IMG/VR virus record: IMGVR_UViG_3300021963_000087
Location: 64,001-79,174 of that record
DNA from: a virus
Taxonomy: Duplodnaviria > Heunggongvirae > Uroviricota > Caudoviricetes
Length of the DNA: 15,174 nt
Reading direction: 5' to 3' (one strand)
Positions within the stretch are counted from its first letter, which is position 1; the number at the start of each line of letters is the position of its first letter. A program made the position numbers and the translations under genes. Shown in pieces: positions 13,964 through 15,174 of this stretch. The notes below the pieces were generated by a model. The model did not search any database. It was given only the letters and a program-made list of their open reading frames with translations, and was not told where the DNA came from.

Positions 13964-14188
13964 ATGGAAAAAACAGCAGTAGAATGGTTAGTAGAGCAAC
14001 TTGCAAGGAAACATAATGAATTTCAGGCATTGACATTTTATCATGATCATAAGGAAGAAATTGAACAAGCCAAAGCAATGGAAAAGGAGCAAATGAAGAA
14101 TATGTACTTAAAGGGTATAGAGAACTATGATCCAACCTTTAAAAGGAAATCACAATGGACACCAGTAACAAAAAAGAAATCGTTATGA
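13964..14188 (+). CDS. KTAVEWL-family phage hypothetical protein
   Basis: MEKTAVEWLVEQL...IEQAKAMEKEQ. Confidence 0.85.
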   Translation: MEKTAVEWLVEQLARKHNEFQALTFYHDHKEEIEQAKAMEKEQMKNMYLKGIENYDPTFKRKSQWTPVTKKKSL

Positions 14189-14400
14189 AAACAGCAGTAG
14201 ATTGGTTAGTAGACCACTTATATTTGGTTATACCTAATGAGGAAAGAAACTTTCTCGAAGGCTTAAGAAAGGAAGCACTTGAAAAAGAAAAAGAGCAGAT
14301 AAAAGAGGCTTGGTATAATGGAGGAATTAATGGAATGGGGTTATTTGAAACAAATACGGGAGAAGAATATTACGACCAAAAATATAACCAAAACAAGTAA
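14185..14400 (+). CDS. KTAVEWL-family paralog (start moved to 14185)
   Basis: MKTAVDWLVDHL...ALEKEKEQI..AW..GEEYY; ATGA overlap with the upstream gene. Confidence 0.85.
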   Translation: MKTAVDWLVDHLYLVIPNEERNFLEGLRKEALEKEKEQIKEAWYNGGINGMGLFETNTGEEYYDQKYNQNK

Positions 14401-14402
14401 GT

Positions 14403-14558
14403 ATGAAAAGATTATTCTCAAAATTTATAGAAAGAAGATTTACAGATGTAGTAAATGGTAGGGATGTTAATTTGTATAAATGTAAAGATGGCACTTACTT
14501 TCTTGCACATTCAAAATGGGATTCTTTATTTTTCCACGTTCAAACAAGTAAATCATGA
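14403..14558 (+). CDS. small hypothetical protein, 51 aa
   Basis: Translated by hand; same AAAACAAGTAAGTATG start context as 13964; ATGA overlap with the next gene. Confidence 0.65.
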   Translation: MKRLFSKFIERRFTDVVNGRDVNLYKCKDGTYFLAHSKWDSLFFHVQTSKS

Positions 14559-14743
14559 CGCCAAAAGAAAAAGCATTAGAGTTAGTAAACAGGTATAAAA
14601 GTATTACAAGTGGAAAAACATTGTTTGTATATACTACCGAATCAGCCAAGCAATGTGCATTAATAGCAGTAGATGAGATATTGAAGTTAAGAGTGAATAT
14701 ACCCTATTGGCAAGAAGTTAAAACCGAAATAGAAAAACTATGA
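14555..14743 (+). CDS. MTPKEKA-family phage hypothetical protein
   Basis: MTPKEKALELV...AKQCALIAVDEI...YWQEVK.EIEKL. Confidence 0.85.
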   Translation: MTPKEKALELVNRYKSITSGKTLFVYTTESAKQCALIAVDEILKLRVNIPYWQEVKTEIEKL

Positions 14744-14973
14744 CGCCAAAAGAATTCAAGGAAGAACTCTATAACCAAGTCTACAACAGAATGGCATACA
14801 ATCCAGATCGTGAGATAATGGAAAGGGCTACTCAAAAGACAAGTAAATACATTGTAAGTCTACTAATAGCCGAAAGGAAGGTACTAACAGAGGTGTTAGA
14901 AGTGAAGGAAGACACCTTTTGGAAGGAAGTAGACGAGGAAATCCAAAACGACATTCAAGCATGGAAGGACTAA
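14740..14973 (+). CDS. divergent MTPKE-family paralog
   Basis: MTPKE start and FWKEV.EEI end. Confidence 0.7.
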   Translation: MTPKEFKEELYNQVYNRMAYNPDREIMERATQKTSKYIVSLLIAERKVLTEVLEVKEDTFWKEVDEEIQNDIQAWKD

Positions 14974-15174
14974 AACGCATAACACCGGAGGAAGCAAAAA
15001 TCTATAGAGAGTTAAGTATATATGATGAAAACGTTTGCACAAAGGCAACACACTTCACGCTTACCCCCTCTCCTATACCTAATCCAGGGGGATCTGCTTG
15101 GGAAGAAGTCACATACTATACCAGTATAGGGGAAGATAGTGAATACCCCCTTTTAGAACTCCTCAAAGAATGGA
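14961..15174 (+). CDS. 3'-truncated hypothetical protein (MEGLKRITPEEAK...)
   Basis: Open frame from ATG 14961 to the window end, translated by hand. Confidence 0.65.
   Translation, partial: MEGLKRITPEEAKIYRELSIYDENVCTKATHFTLTPSPIPNPGGSAWEEVTYYTSIGEDSEYPLLELLKEW

Noticed and set aside
10013-14184. Longer N-termini given by the ORF track (10013, 12211, 14155; also 1620, 5869, 6135)
   Set aside because: They fall within promoters or upstream genes; downstream ATGs have the recurring start context or a tight junction with the upstream stop.
103-14649. Other minus-strand ORFs in the track (103, 1082, 2691, 2884, 3497, 8703, 13926, 14467) and + ORF 8333-8557
   Set aside because: All overlap well-supported + strand genes and read as shadow frames.

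Overview
This is an AT-rich, gene-dense segment of a large tailed phage that most likely infects Bacteroidota. The promoters match the Bacteroidota -33 TTG / -7 TAnnTTT(G/A) pattern, Shine-Dalgarno sites are absent, start contexts are A-rich, and the small KTAVEWL- and MTPKE-type genes are typical of such phages. All credible genes are on the + strand. 1-7239 is a run of small hypothetical genes plus a jelly-roll (C1q/BclA-like) protein, an HExxH protein, a calcineurin-like metallophosphoesterase and a cyclic-phosphate-processing receiver-domain protein. 7240-7630 is non-coding with G/C runs and hairpins, followed by an apparently inactivated GIY-YIG-like gene. 8100-13710 looks like an early host-takeover island: DUF932, SH3/WYL_2-like, HTH, very acidic proteins and membrane micro-proteins, built from repeated promoter+start cassettes. 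Most unusual: three back-to-back divergent promoter pairs whose leftward promoters face no ORF. Two of these leftward regions, and a separate structured 200-nt element at 13719-13917, share the motif CCTCTGATC-N9-21-CCC(G/C)CCC, suggesting a family of phage small RNAs or DNA elements. No tRNA, rRNA, CRISPR array or integrase was seen. Family assignments are from motif recognition by eye, not from searches.
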